Shown here in pieces: positions 30,273-41,100 of a stretch of DNA of 64,000 nucleotides (within the stretch, counting starts at the first letter, position 1; every line of letters starts with the position of its first letter). Both the position numbers and the translations under genes were made by a program. The notes under the pieces were generated by a model, which saw nothing but the letters and a program-made list of their open reading frames with translations, was not told where the DNA came from and searched no databases. This DNA comes from an uncultured virus (IMG/VR IMGVR_UViG_3300032285_000913). Lineage: Duplodnaviria; Heunggongvirae; Uroviricota; Caudoviricetes. Where the stretch lies: IMG/VR virus record IMGVR_UViG_3300032285_000913; one strand, given 5' to 3'.

Positions 30273-31904
30273 ATGATTACATTAACTGGTAGAGACATAA
30301 TTGCTAAATTTTTAACTGGACAAACCAGTTCTTTTGCCTCTCACGTTGCCATTGGCATTGGTGCAGACCCAAACTTTGCCAATTCAAATTTTGACCTTTC
30401 TAGACAAGAGTTGCAATTTGAAGTTGGCAGATTCCCAATTATTTCAAGAAGTCAAATTGTTGAACCAATAGTGTCATATCCAACTAGATTGGTCGTCGAT
30501 GGCGGTACACCAAACCTAATGTTTTTATATGTAACAGAAAATGTATATTATGTGGGTCAGAGTATAGAAATTTCCTATGCTTCAGAATATGTTAACGGTG
30601 GAGGAGACCCAAATACTAATTTTAATGGATACTATACAGTAGTAGACCTTGACCCAACATTCGGTTATATTGTACTAAATAATACACAATCATTGCCAGT
30701 CGTAGACCTTGATACAGTATTTGGTTTGGGTAAAATTAATGCAATGGTTAAAAAAGTTGCTTTTACCGCAGAAATACCAACAGAAAAAAGATATTTAATT
30801 ACTGAATTTGGTTTATACCCGACAGGAACTAATACATTCGTAACAGGCTCTGACAGTCGTATACTATCTGATTTTACTCAAAATGAAGTTTGGCAATATG
30901 TTAATGGAACTACCTTATCATATTCAGATATTCCATACTATTCTGTCATTGCCAATACTAATGGAGACATCATCAAAACTGATAAGGCGTTTCAAACCAA
31001 CGCCAATAATAGTTTATTTGACCAAGATACTAGACCAATAAGAAATGAAAAAGCCAGATATCTTGATGATACAACAATTGTTGCAGGAAACCTGTCAGAG
31101 TTTACAGCAGCACTTACTGCCACTGGTGACTATATTTCTTTGTCTAATTTTGGAGTGGACCTAAGTAAAAACTCATCTAGCGATGAGTTAAGGTTAGCAT
31201 TTTCAATTATTAATAAATTGACTACACCAACAGCCACGCCCAAGAGTGCAAATATTATGTTTCAGTTTATTAGTGCTAATGGAAATGATAGTGCTAAATA
31301 TCACTTTAGAATTTCAGATGCTACAACCTTGACTAGTGGAACAAATACTAGATATCACGTTTCCTCATTAAAGTTGGGTGACCCAACAGTTATTTCAACA
31401 GTCGGAACAATTGGCACGGTATCTGGTGCTGGTCCATATACTGCTACTATTACTGGAATGACCTCTACAGAAGGTCTTGTAGCAGGTTCTAAAATTACAG
31501 CAACTACAAATTCTGGTAGTTTTGGAACAGGAACAGTTACAGTAGTATCGGTAATCAGTTCAACAAGCGTTTCTATTTCTGCAACTGCTGCAATTACTGC
31601 TGGAACAGTTTCAAATATTTCAACACTATTTTCATCAGTAACATCTGGTTTCAAGTGGACAGACGTTCGTTCTGTAAGGTTGTATGCAAGCGTAGAAACA
31701 GCACAAAACTATAGTGGAACAGCGACTAGCGATTATTCTATTCTCCTTGACTCACTCAAGTTTGAAAATAAATCTAATGTTAATCCATTGTATGGTTTAG
31801 TTGGGTATACTGTAGTTCAACAAGGTAGCCCAATCATTAAAGATTCTGGAACTAAAAGCCTAATTGAATTTAAAATTACTTTAGGAATGTCAGATGGTCT
31901 CTAA
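30273..31904 (+). CDS. Minor tail / receptor-binding-associated protein
   Basis: MITLTGRDIIAKF..HVAIGIGA..LQFEVGRFPI..ITEFGLY resembles tail-fiber/baseplate N-termini; beta-rich insertions. Confidence 0.65.
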   Translation: MITLTGRDIIAKFLTGQTSSFASHVAIGIGADPNFANSNFDLSRQELQFEVGRFPIISRSQIVEPIVSYPTRLVVDGGTPNLMFLYVTENVYYVGQSIEISYASEYVNGGGDPNTNFNGYYTVVDLDPTFGYIVLNNTQSLPVVDLDTVFGLGKINAMVKKVAFTAEIPTEKRYLITEFGLYPTGTNTFVTGSDSRILSDFTQNEVWQYVNGTTLSYSDIPYYSVIANTNGDIIKTDKAFQTNANNSLFDQDTRPIRNEKARYLDDTTIVAGNLSEFTAALTATGDYISLSNFGVDLSKNSSSDELRLAFSIINKLTTPTATPKSANIMFQFISANGNDSAKYHFRISDATTLTSGTNTRYHVSSLKLGDPTVISTVGTIGTVSGAGPYTATITGMTSTEGLVAGSKITATTNSGSFGTGTVTVVSVISSTSVSISATAAITAGTVSNISTLFSSVTSGFKWTDVRSVRLYASVETAQNYSGTATSDYSILLDSLKFENKSNVNPLYGLVGYTVVQQGSPIIKDSGTKSLIEFKITLGMSDGL

Positions 31905-33402
31905 TACTAAAAAAGTTATTATTCCAATTAAAGATATCGATGCTTTTTCTGTCACTAAGGTAATAAGTTCACGTTCAAATAGTTCAAACCGTTGCAATAT
32001 AACATTAAGATATAGAATAAAGTCAGCAGATGGCACAAAGATTTCAGAATGGTCTCCAGTCTATGACCTAGCGTTTTATAATTCAAGGTATGGAACTGCT
32101 TTCGGTGCGTTACAAATTGCCAAAACAAATGGTTTTGACACTCCATCTTCAGACAGAACATCTCCAATCTCTGCATATACTTATGGTGACCCAACACTTA
32201 AAATGCTTCAAAGTGCTGTAGAAAGAATTACTGCACAATCAGATGCCAGTGCAAGTCCAGATGTAGACCTATTTAAATATTCTTGGGTAGCACCACCATC
32301 ACTAAATGTTAAAAATTTTGATGTTTTTCTATCTTGGTTTACAATTAACTATGTTCACCCAACCGCTACGCTCTCTGCAGCAACTGGACCAAGTGGTGGA
32401 CTTTACTCAGGAACCCTAACCCTGACAGGAACTGGGGCACAAAATGCTGCAAATACATTAAGAAGTTACTATAACAGAATGAATTCTTTGGGAAGCCCTG
32501 CAAGAATAACAATGTCTAGCAACATTGTTACAACAGGAGCCATTGCATCTGGTGGTGGTGCAGCAGGAAATTACTTTACTATTGTTAGTGGAACAAGCAC
32601 TAATGGAACACTTACGGTTTTTAATATTCAATCAAACCAGACCTGGACTGCTGGAACAATGAAGCACGTTTTTAAATACAACTCATATTCTGATTTTGAA
32701 TATGCAGGAACCACTTCATCTAATAGTTATACATTTAAAAGAACAAGTAACTCTAATACTGTTACTACCACCCTGACCGCTGGATTATCTACATTTACGC
32801 TAAACGAAGATGTTTTGTATTCTGGTTTAGCCGTAGGAATGACACTCAGAAAAATTGATGGTGATGGTGCTTTTGGTAGTGGGGCTACTATTAGTGCTAT
32901 AGACTATTTTAATAATATTATTACAGTGTCTACCGATGCAATTGGAACATCTCCAGTCACTCACACAAGTACTGGCTATGTGACATTTGTTGCAGATAAT
33001 ACCGATTTGGTAATAACACTTGCTGGAGCAGTAACTCAAACTATTCAGTGGTCTATGCCACTTCAAGTTCAGCCAATGCTCCATGCATCCAACTTGTCTA
33101 GAGATTATTTATCAAATTATTCTTTGCTGTCTGTTCCAAAGTCTTATAGCACTTTTTATGGCGGTTTTGGCGTTATATCTGGTGCTACAACAGTTGCACC
33201 ATTTACAGCATCGGTAGTAAGAATGCCTTTTGCAATTTCAGGCTCAAGCATTGATTATGGTAGAAGAGTATATGCTACCAATAGCGGTGGGTCTATGGGT
33301 GGTGGATTAGTTACTTATGCAGACTATACAGACTCTACATCTTTTGTTGTTGCAAGTACAACTGCCCTGACCAATGGAATCATTACCAACTTACGCTTCT
33401 AA
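31894..33402 (+). CDS. Minor tail protein
   Basis: LRYRIKSADG..SEWSP fibronectin-like motif; S/T/G-rich modules. Confidence 0.6.
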   Translation: MVSNTKKVIIPIKDIDAFSVTKVISSRSNSSNRCNITLRYRIKSADGTKISEWSPVYDLAFYNSRYGTAFGALQIAKTNGFDTPSSDRTSPISAYTYGDPTLKMLQSAVERITAQSDASASPDVDLFKYSWVAPPSLNVKNFDVFLSWFTINYVHPTATLSAATGPSGGLYSGTLTLTGTGAQNAANTLRSYYNRMNSLGSPARITMSSNIVTTGAIASGGGAAGNYFTIVSGTSTNGTLTVFNIQSNQTWTAGTMKHVFKYNSYSDFEYAGTTSSNSYTFKRTSNSNTVTTTLTAGLSTFTLNEDVLYSGLAVGMTLRKIDGDGAFGSGATISAIDYFNNIITVSTDAIGTSPVTHTSTGYVTFVADNTDLVITLAGAVTQTIQWSMPLQVQPMLHASNLSRDYLSNYSLLSVPKSYSTFYGGFGVISGATTVAPFTASVVRMPFAISGSSIDYGRRVYATNSGGSMGGGLVTYADYTDSTSFVVASTTALTNGIITNLRF

Positions 33403-33419
33403 TATGGTATAATTAAAAT

Positions 33420-33848
33420 ATGGCACAAGTACCTTCATTACCAAGCAATGGTCAACCAATTGACACACAGTACATTTACGATATTGTTAACTCTTTAATT
33501 AGCATTAACAGTGCAATCACTACTGTAGGCTCTTCAAATGTTAAAATTGGAACAGTACCATATCCAACAGTAAATACTAGTAATCTAAACGTAGATGCAC
33601 AAAGCATTAACATTATTACTAGCCAGCCTGTGGACCCCAAAAATCCATTAACTGGTTTTATTCCATTTAAAACCACATTCACACAAACCCCAGTTGTTAC
33701 TGCAACGCTAGTATCTAAAAATACCACTAACGTAAATGCTACTGTAACAATTACAGGTGTAGATAGTTCAGCGGTATACTACAAGGTAGTCTTTACCGAC
33801 AAGGGAACAACAACAGTTGACCTGAATATTATTGCTGTTGGAGTATAA
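33420..33848 (+). CDS. Minor tail protein with an H-type lectin-like C-terminus
   Basis: IPFKTTFTQTPVVTAT...LNIIAVG; leaderless after TGGTATAAT 33405-33413. Confidence 0.6.
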   Translation: MAQVPSLPSNGQPIDTQYIYDIVNSLISINSAITTVGSSNVKIGTVPYPTVNTSNLNVDAQSINIITSQPVDPKNPLTGFIPFKTTFTQTPVVTATLVSKNTTNVNATVTITGVDSSAVYYKVVFTDKGTTTVDLNIIAVGV

Positions 33849-34378
33849 TGGCTGCCCAGACAATGGAAGAGTATAACTCTTCACCAATTATCCCTGGAAA
33901 TAAGAACGTTTGGTTTTTAAATGGCGACCTTGTCCGTGTCCATCATTTAAATAAATCTAATGGAATTATGTCTGTTTATAATATTACAAAAGACCAGATT
34001 GAAAGTTGTCTTATTAGTGATTTTAAAAAGAGTAGGGAACGTGCCTACACTGTTGGTCAAACAGCAGCCCTAGTAAATAGACATAAAAAGTATATGCCAC
34101 AATTAGTTAAACGTGGCGTTATCCCAGAACCTATGGGGGCACAGAAGGGCGGAGCCAGGGCATGGCAAGTAAGAAGTTATTATTCAGAGTCGCAAGTTCG
34201 TGAACTTCGTGATATACTAGCATCATACCACTTTGGTAGACCTCGTAAAGATGGTTTAATTACCAACGATGTAACGCCTTCAAAACAAGAGTTGACAAGA
34301 CGTATGGGAGATGGTATACTTACATATACAAGGACAGAAGACGGAAGATTTATCCCAATCTGGTCCGAATCAATTTAG
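33848..34378 (+). CDS. MerR-like HTH DNA-binding protein
   Basis: YTVGQTAALVNRHKKYM..LVKRGVIPEP...SYYSESQVREL. Confidence 0.7.
   Translation: MAAQTMEEYNSSPIIPGNKNVWFLNGDLVRVHHLNKSNGIMSVYNITKDQIESCLISDFKKSRERAYTVGQTAALVNRHKKYMPQLVKRGVIPEPMGAQKGGARAWQVRSYYSESQVRELRDILASYHFGRPRKDGLITNDVTPSKQELTRRMGDGILTYTRTEDGRFIPIWSESI
34292..34320 (+). promoter_or_regulatory. Sigma70-type promoter inside the HTH gene, upstream of replication genes
   Basis: TTGACA-17nt-TATACT with an extended TG. Confidence 0.7.
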
Positions 34379-34393
34379 TCCATTAGGAGAGAT

Positions 34394-34603
34394 ATGGAAA
34401 ACGACAGCACCAAAGTAACAGTGGGTCTAGGATATACCCTCAATCTAGGCAACTTTCAATCGCTACGCATTGATATTTCAGTTGCAGACAACAAGCGTGA
34501 AGGCGAGAACACCAACGACGCTTTTGAGCGTGTCTACAAGTTTGTAGAAGAGAAACTCGCAGAAAAAGTCCGTGAGTCAGTAGAAGAGGCAGACAATAAA
34601 TAA
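34394..34603 (+). CDS. Hypothetical protein
   Basis: SD AGGAG; GYTLNLGNFQSLRID. Confidence 0.75.
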   Translation: MENDSTKVTVGLGYTLNLGNFQSLRIDISVADNKREGENTNDAFERVYKFVEEKLAEKVRESVEEADNK

Positions 34604-34911
34604 TGGCTGAACGCAAAGACCGTATGGCTTTGCTCAGTCGCTACAGTAAGTTACATACTGTAAGATACGAAGAAAAGCCTTCACTAAATTTAAATGTAGA
34701 GCAATGGGCTGCAGATGCACTCATTGAGTCTTATGGTATGCCAGAATGCTATGACCTACTGGAATACTATTTTGAAGCAGCACAATCACCAACATGGAAA
34801 TACTTTGCAAACTATGCCGATAAAATTATTGACGGTAGAAACCAGTTACAACAAGACCTTAAGGAGAGAGCCGAACGCCGAGCAAAGGCTAAGGAGTGGC
34901 TAAATGAATAA
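34603..34911 (+). CDS. Hypothetical protein (possible helicase loader)
   Basis: Translationally coupled to dnaB. Confidence 0.65.
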   Translation: MAERKDRMALLSRYSKLHTVRYEEKPSLNLNVEQWAADALIESYGMPECYDLLEYYFEAAQSPTWKYFANYADKIIDGRNQLQQDLKERAERRAKAKEWLNE

Positions 34912-36124
34912 TACAGAATCAAAACTAATCTCTGCTGTTCTAGCAGACAAGCAGGTTCACGTCCTGCTACAAGCAAACGTGGAAAATATTCTTAGAACTC
35001 ATAATGATATCTGGCAGTTCATTCGTAACTACTCTGAAGCCAATGGCACAGTGCCACCAGTCTCTCTCGTGGTGGATAAGTTCCGTGACTTTGCTCCTGT
35101 AGATGGCATTGGTGCTACTAAGTATCACCTAGAAGAACTACAGGCAGAGTTTCTAAACGATAGCCTAAAAGATGTTCTACGCTCTACTGCTGCCGAGGTG
35201 CAGTCTGGTCAGGGTACAAAGGCACTAGAAGACCTTATCCAGAAGACCTCCGAACTAAAGAAGAATACTGCTGTTATTCGTGACATTGATGCTACTGATA
35301 TTGATTCTGCTGTTGCCTACTTTGAGAACCTTGCTCGTCAGAATGAACTAGGCTCTATCGGTATCAAGGTTGGTCTGCCAGGCTTTGATAACTACCTACC
35401 TGCTGGCATTACTCCAGGTCAGTTGGGTGTCTTCCTTGCCTACCCAGGTATTGGTAAGTCTTGGTTTGCTCTTTACATGGCGGTACAGGCATGGAAGCAG
35501 GGCAAGTCCCCACTAATCATCTCACTTGAAATGTCGGAGACAGAAGTTCGTAACCGTGTATTTGCTATTATGGGCGAAGGTCTATGGTCACACCGCAAGT
35601 TGAGCAACGGTCAGGTAGAGATTGAAGACCTAAAGCGTTGGCACAAGAAGGAACTTGCTGGAAAGCCAGAGTTCCACATCATCTCTAACGATTCTGGTGG
35701 GGAAGTTACACCATCAGTTATTCGTGGTAAGATTGACCAGTATAAGCCAGACCTAGTTATCGTAGACTACCTACAACTTATGTCGCCCAACCAGAAGTCT
35801 GACAATGAAACTGTTCGTATGAAGAATCTTTCTCGTGAACTCAAGTTGATGGCTATTAGCGAAGAGATGCCAATCATTGCCATTTCATCCGCTACGCCAG
35901 ACGATGTAAATAAACTAGACACTGTGCCTACCCTGGGTCAAACCGCTTGGTCACGCCAGATTGCATATGATGCTGACTGGGTTCTGGCACTTGGTCGTGC
36001 CACCAACTCTGACATTCTAGAATGCGTGTTTCGCAAGAACCGTAACGGATTTATGGGCGAGTTCTTAGTGCAGGTAGATTTTGACAAGGGCTGGTATAAA
36101 TACAAGGATTATGAAGAAAACTAG
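34904..36124 (+). CDS. dnaB: DnaB-like replicative helicase
   Basis: Walker A AYPGIGKS, ISLEMS, VIVDYLQLM, IAYDAD, KNRNG. Confidence 0.93.
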   Translation: MNNTESKLISAVLADKQVHVLLQANVENILRTHNDIWQFIRNYSEANGTVPPVSLVVDKFRDFAPVDGIGATKYHLEELQAEFLNDSLKDVLRSTAAEVQSGQGTKALEDLIQKTSELKKNTAVIRDIDATDIDSAVAYFENLARQNELGSIGIKVGLPGFDNYLPAGITPGQLGVFLAYPGIGKSWFALYMAVQAWKQGKSPLIISLEMSETEVRNRVFAIMGEGLWSHRKLSNGQVEIEDLKRWHKKELAGKPEFHIISNDSGGEVTPSVIRGKIDQYKPDLVIVDYLQLMSPNQKSDNETVRMKNLSRELKLMAISEEMPIIAISSATPDDVNKLDTVPTLGQTAWSRQIAYDADWVLALGRATNSDILECVFRKNRNGFMGEFLVQVDFDKGWYKYKDYEEN

Positions 36125-36136
36125 TTATAATGGAAT

Positions 36137-36481
36137 GTGGAACATTTACATCACAAGTCTATTAAAACTTTTACTGTTGAAGGTATCATTAAAGATGATG
36201 CTGCCATCAGTAGAATTCGGCTTGAGGTAGAAAGACTACAAACATTACAGATGCGTGAGTTGGGGTATGTGCCAAGACTTGACATAGACCCACAATTTAC
36301 GATAAAATATAACAGTACAAAAGAATACTTTGAATTTACACTAACGCTATACGCAACATATTTAGGAAAGAAGAAATCAGAATGCATAATGGGAATAGAC
36401 GGAACACTACTAGTTCCTACTCACAAGAGCAAATTAAAAGAGTTATCAATGGGTCTGGAATCAACGTCGAATCAGAAGTAG
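36137..36481 (+). CDS. Hypothetical protein
   Basis: 114 aa; GTG start 5 nt after TATAAT; overlaps primase. Confidence 0.6.
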   Translation: MEHLHHKSIKTFTVEGIIKDDAAISRIRLEVERLQTLQMRELGYVPRLDIDPQFTIKYNSTKEYFEFTLTLYATYLGKKKSECIMGIDGTLLVPTHKSKLKELSMGLESTSNQK

Positions 36482-37326
36482 ACTCTGACTACATCATCTT
36501 CTGCCCATTCCACAATAACTATCGCTCACCTGCTGGCGAAGTAGACAAAAAATCTGGCTTTTTCTTTTGCTTCTCATGTCAGCATGTCTGTGACCTTGCT
36601 AGTTTAATTATGCATACTTCTGGTCGTACCTACTTTGAGGCAGTACGCTACATCAAGTCTAAAGAAACAGAGACTGACCTATCTTATCAAATCAATCAGT
36701 CATTAGTAAGCAAGCCAGACTACCTGCCATATGATGAACTGCTAATCAAACGACTAAGTGCACAGGCACTAGAGTCTCCACGAGCCATGAGATACTACTC
36801 AGGAAGGCTCATAAACGAGGCATCAATCCGTAAGTTTGATTTAGGGTACTCTGAGAAGCAGGATATGGTTACAATCCCTGTACACTCGCCTGACGGCGTT
36901 TCTGTGGGGTTTGTGGGACGCTCCGTTGAGGGTAAGGAATTCAAGAATACACCAGGACTGCCAAAGAGCAAGGTCCTATTCAATCTGCACAGGGTGAAGA
37001 GTGCTGGTAAAGTCTATGTAGTTGAATCATCATTTGATGCCATTCGACTTGACCAGTGTGGGTTTCCTGCAGTAGCAACATTGGGTGCAAACGTATCCAA
37101 GATACAAACAGACTTGCTTCAGAAATATTTCAATAACATTATTGTCATTGCTGATAATGACGAGGCTGGCGGTAACATGAAGGACAAGATTGTGGAACGA
37201 CTAGGTTCTCGTGTTACTGTAATTAAAATAGATAAACAATACAAGGATATCGGTGACATGTCGGACGATGCGATAAAAAATCTTGAAGAAACATTTGACA
37301 AGACCATCGCTAGTATGCTAAACTAG
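36382..37326 (+). CDS. dnaG: DNA primase (zinc finger + TOPRIM)
   Basis: CPFH..FFCFSC zinc finger; VVESSFDA, ADNDEAG. Confidence 0.9.
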   Translation: MHNGNRRNTTSSYSQEQIKRVINGSGINVESEVDSDYIIFCPFHNNYRSPAGEVDKKSGFFFCFSCQHVCDLASLIMHTSGRTYFEAVRYIKSKETETDLSYQINQSLVSKPDYLPYDELLIKRLSAQALESPRAMRYYSGRLINEASIRKFDLGYSEKQDMVTIPVHSPDGVSVGFVGRSVEGKEFKNTPGLPKSKVLFNLHRVKSAGKVYVVESSFDAIRLDQCGFPAVATLGANVSKIQTDLLQKYFNNIIVIADNDEAGGNMKDKIVERLGSRVTVIKIDKQYKDIGDMSDDAIKNLEETFDKTIASMLN

Positions 37327-37357
37327 ATATCCGCTAGAAAACATAGGAGAAAATAAT

Positions 37358-38011
37358 ATGAGCGTAATTAAAGGGCTAAAAGATATCAGTGCACTAATGG
37401 ATAAGCCAAAATTCGAAAACACAGGACAGAAGGTTCGTTGGGTCAAGTTGGCTGACGGACAGGCTGCAAAGATTCGTTTCGTTGAGGAACTTGACAGCGA
37501 ATCAGCAAACTTCAGCGAGGACCGTGGACTATCCGTGGTTATTGCTGAACACACCAACCCAAAGGACTACAAGCGTAAGGCAGCATGTACCATCGATTCA
37601 GAAGGTCGTTGCTACGGTTGTGAGATGGCTCGCAAGGAGCCAAAGGGTGGATGGCGTTCACGTCTACGTTGGTACGGTAACGTAATCATCGACGACGGAA
37701 CCGAAGCACCTTATGTGGCTGTTTGGTCACAGGGTATCTCAAAGCAGTCAGCATTCGGTAACTTGCGTGAGTACGCAATCGAAACTGGCTCAATCTCAAA
37801 CCTTGAGTGGAAAATTAAGCGTAATGGTCAGGGAACTGAAACCAACTACACCTTGCTTCCAACCAAGCCAGACACCGAACCATACAAGTGGGGCGAACTG
37901 GAAACCTTTGACCTTGAGAAAGTCGTTCGTGAAGTTAAGTACGAGGACCAGGAGAACTTCTACTTTGGTTTCGAAACAACTTCAGCAACATCCAGCAACA
38001 TTGACTGGTAA
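37358..38011 (+). CDS. Probable single-stranded DNA-binding protein
   Basis: WVKLADGQAAKIRF, C..CYGC, KIKRNGQGTETNYTL; between primase and polymerase. Confidence 0.7.
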   Translation: MSVIKGLKDISALMDKPKFENTGQKVRWVKLADGQAAKIRFVEELDSESANFSEDRGLSVVIAEHTNPKDYKRKAACTIDSEGRCYGCEMARKEPKGGWRSRLRWYGNVIIDDGTEAPYVAVWSQGISKQSAFGNLREYAIETGSISNLEWKIKRNGQGTETNYTLLPTKPDTEPYKWGELETFDLEKVVREVKYEDQENFYFGFETTSATSSNIDW

Positions 38012-38023
38012 TAACTAGTGATT

Positions 38024-38060
38024 GTGGGGGTAGGTGAATGACAGCCCTGCCCCCACTTTC
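38024..38060 (+). terminator. Intrinsic terminator
   Basis: GTGGGGGTAGG...CCTGCCCCCAC followed by TTT. Confidence 0.7.
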
Positions 38061-38065
38061 CACAC

Positions 38066-38094
38066 TTGACAAGAACACTCTGATGCACTATACT
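38066..38094 (+). promoter_or_regulatory. Sigma70-type promoter for dnaE
   Basis: TTGACA-17nt-TATACT. Confidence 0.75.
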
Positions 38095-38128
38095 TATAAC
38101 CTAACAACTACAAGACACTAAGGAAAAA

Positions 38129-41100
38129 ATGAGCAGTTACGCTCCACTTCACGTCCACACGCACTTTAGCCTGTTTGACGGTATTGCAACACCACAGGAA
38201 TATGTAGATAGAGCAGTTTCTGTAGGTATGACTTCTATCTCAATCACAGACCACGGTTCTCTGTCAGGACACAGAGAGATGTATCGTGCTGCTAAGGCTG
38301 CAGGTATCAAGCCAATTCTTGGCGTTGAGGGGTACATCTGTAAAGACCGCTTTGACCATGACGAGAAGGACAAGACTGACCTGCTCAACCTAAACTACAA
38401 TCACCTTATTATCCTAGCCAAGAATGCTAAGGGTCTAGAGAACCTTAACAAGTTGAATGAACTTGCTTGGACTGAGGGTTTCTTCAAGAAGCCTCGTATG
38501 GACTGGGAGATTCTAGAGAAGTACAAGGATGGTCTAGTGATTACTTCAGGCTGTCTATCAGGCTTTCTATGCAAGGCTATCGAAGCAGATAACCTAGCAG
38601 TAGCCAAAGAGCACATCCAGTGGGCTAAGAAAACCTTTGGTGACGACTACTACATTGAAGTAATGCCACATAACCCAGCAGAAGTAAACAAGTTGCTACT
38701 TGAACTTGCTGACGAGTTTGGTATCAAGCCTGTAATCACTCCAGACTGCCACCACGCAGACACAACCCAGCGTGACATTCAGGAACTTAAACTAATCCTA
38801 AACACATACTCTAACAAGGTTCAGGGCGATGCAAACTTCGCTGGCACTCAAGACTACGATAATCTTATGGATAAGTTGGATTACCTATATGGTGCAGACC
38901 GTCAAATGTCATTCAAAGACTTTGAGATTCACCTACTGTCTGACGAAGAGATGCGTAACGCTATGCTCAAGCAGGGTATTGACCGTGAGGATATGTACCA
39001 GAATAGCATTGACATTGCAGACCAGATTGAAGACTATAACCTACCAGACCACCTAGACTTGCTACCTGTTCAGTACCAGAACCCAGACCAAGAACTTCGT
39101 GAACTTGCTCTGGCTGGTCTTGCAGAACGTAACCTTGCTGACAAGCAGGAATACCTAGACCGTCTAGATGAAGAACTTCAGATTATCAAGGATAAGAACT
39201 TTGGTCCTTACTTCCTAGTCGTTCGTAACATGATTAACTGGGCTAAGAAAGAAGATATCATGGTAGGTCCAGGTCGTGGTTCTGCTGCTGGCTCTCTACT
39301 GTGCTATGCTCTAGGCATCACAGATATTGACCCAATCGAACATGGTCTTCTGTTCTTCCGCTTTATCAACCCAGAGCGTAATGACTTTCCAGATATCGAT
39401 ACAGATATCCAGGACTCACGACGAGAAGATGTAAAGGACTACTTGGTTCGTCAGTATCGTCACGTTGCTTCTATTGCTACGTTCCTTGAGTTCAAGGGTA
39501 AGGGTATGGTTCGTGACATTGCTCGTGTTCTTAACATTCCACTAGCAGACGTTAATAAAGTTCTTAAACTTGTTGATGACTGGGATGACTATCTAACATC
39601 AAAGTCAACTGCAGAGTTCCGTGAGAAGTATCCAGAGATTGAGCAGTATGGAGAACAACTTCGTGGTCGCATTCGTGGTACTGGTATTCACGCTGCAGGT
39701 GTTGTAACTTCTAAAGAGCCTATCTTCAAGTTTGCTCCACTAGAAACTCGCACAGCCCCAGGTAGCAAAGAACGTATCCCTGTAGTAGCAGTAGACATGG
39801 AAGAAGCAGAAAAGATTGGTCTAATCAAGATTGATGCTTTGGGTCTAAAGACATTGTCTGTTATTCAAGACACTACTAAGATTATTGAAGAACGTACAGG
39901 AACCAAGATTGACCTACACGCTATCAATATGGAAGATGCAAATGTCTATCGTATGCTATCTGACGGATTCACTAAGGGCGTGTTCCAGTGTGAAGCCACA
40001 CCTTATACGAACCTGCTAGTCAAAATGGGTGTCAAGAACTTTAACGAGTTGGCTGCCTCTAACGCTCTGGTTCGCCCAGGTGCTATGAATACCATTGGTA
40101 AAGACTACATCGCTCGCAAGCATGGTAAGCAGAACATCTCTTACCACCACCAACTGATGAAGCCATTCACCGTAGATACTTATGGATGTATTCTATATCA
40201 GGAGCAGGTAATGCAAGCCTGTACAGAACTTGGCGGTATGACAATGGCTGAGGCTGATAAGGTTCGTAAGATTATCGGTAAGAAGAAAGATGCTCGTGAG
40301 TTTGACGTATTCAAGGAACGCTTTGTAAAGGGTGCTTCACAACACCTACGCCCAGAAGTTGCAGAAGAACTCTGGACAGACTTTGAGGCTCATGCTGGAT
40401 ACTCATTCAACAAGTCTCACGCTGTGGCTTACTCAACCGTTTCCTACTGGACTGCATGGCTAAAGTATTACTACCCAATTGAGTTCATGTTTGCATTGCT
40501 CAAGAACGAGAGCGATAAAGATGCTCGCACAGAGTACCTGATTGAAGCAAAGCGTATGGGCATCCCAGTCAAGTTGCCACACATTAATGACTCTGACATT
40601 GACTTTAAGATTGAGGGCAAAGGTATTAGATTTGGTCTATCATCTATTAAGTTTATTAGTGATAACATTGCCAGTAAGTATATGTCTGCTCGTCCATTTA
40701 ACTCATACAAGGAACTGGAAGAGTTCACTTTTGGTAAAGGTAACGGAGTAAACTCTCGTGCCCTGCAAGCACTCAAGGTAATTGGAGCAGCAACATTCCC
40801 AGACAATCCACGCAATGATGAAGAAGTTAAAGAGAACCTGTACGAGTATCTCAACCTTCCAGAGTTCAACATGTCTGTACCGTCACACTACCACGCATTC
40901 ATCAATGATGTAGAAGAGTATGAAGAGAAGGGTGCTTATGTTCTTATGGGAATGGTCAAGGGTATAAAGCGTGGCAAGGGATGGTCACGAGTAGAATTAC
41001 TAGATAAGACTGGTAGCACTGGCATCTTTGATGATGAACAGACTACAATCGAAGCAGGTAGAACATACATCATCCTCGCAAGCGATAACCGAATTGTAAC

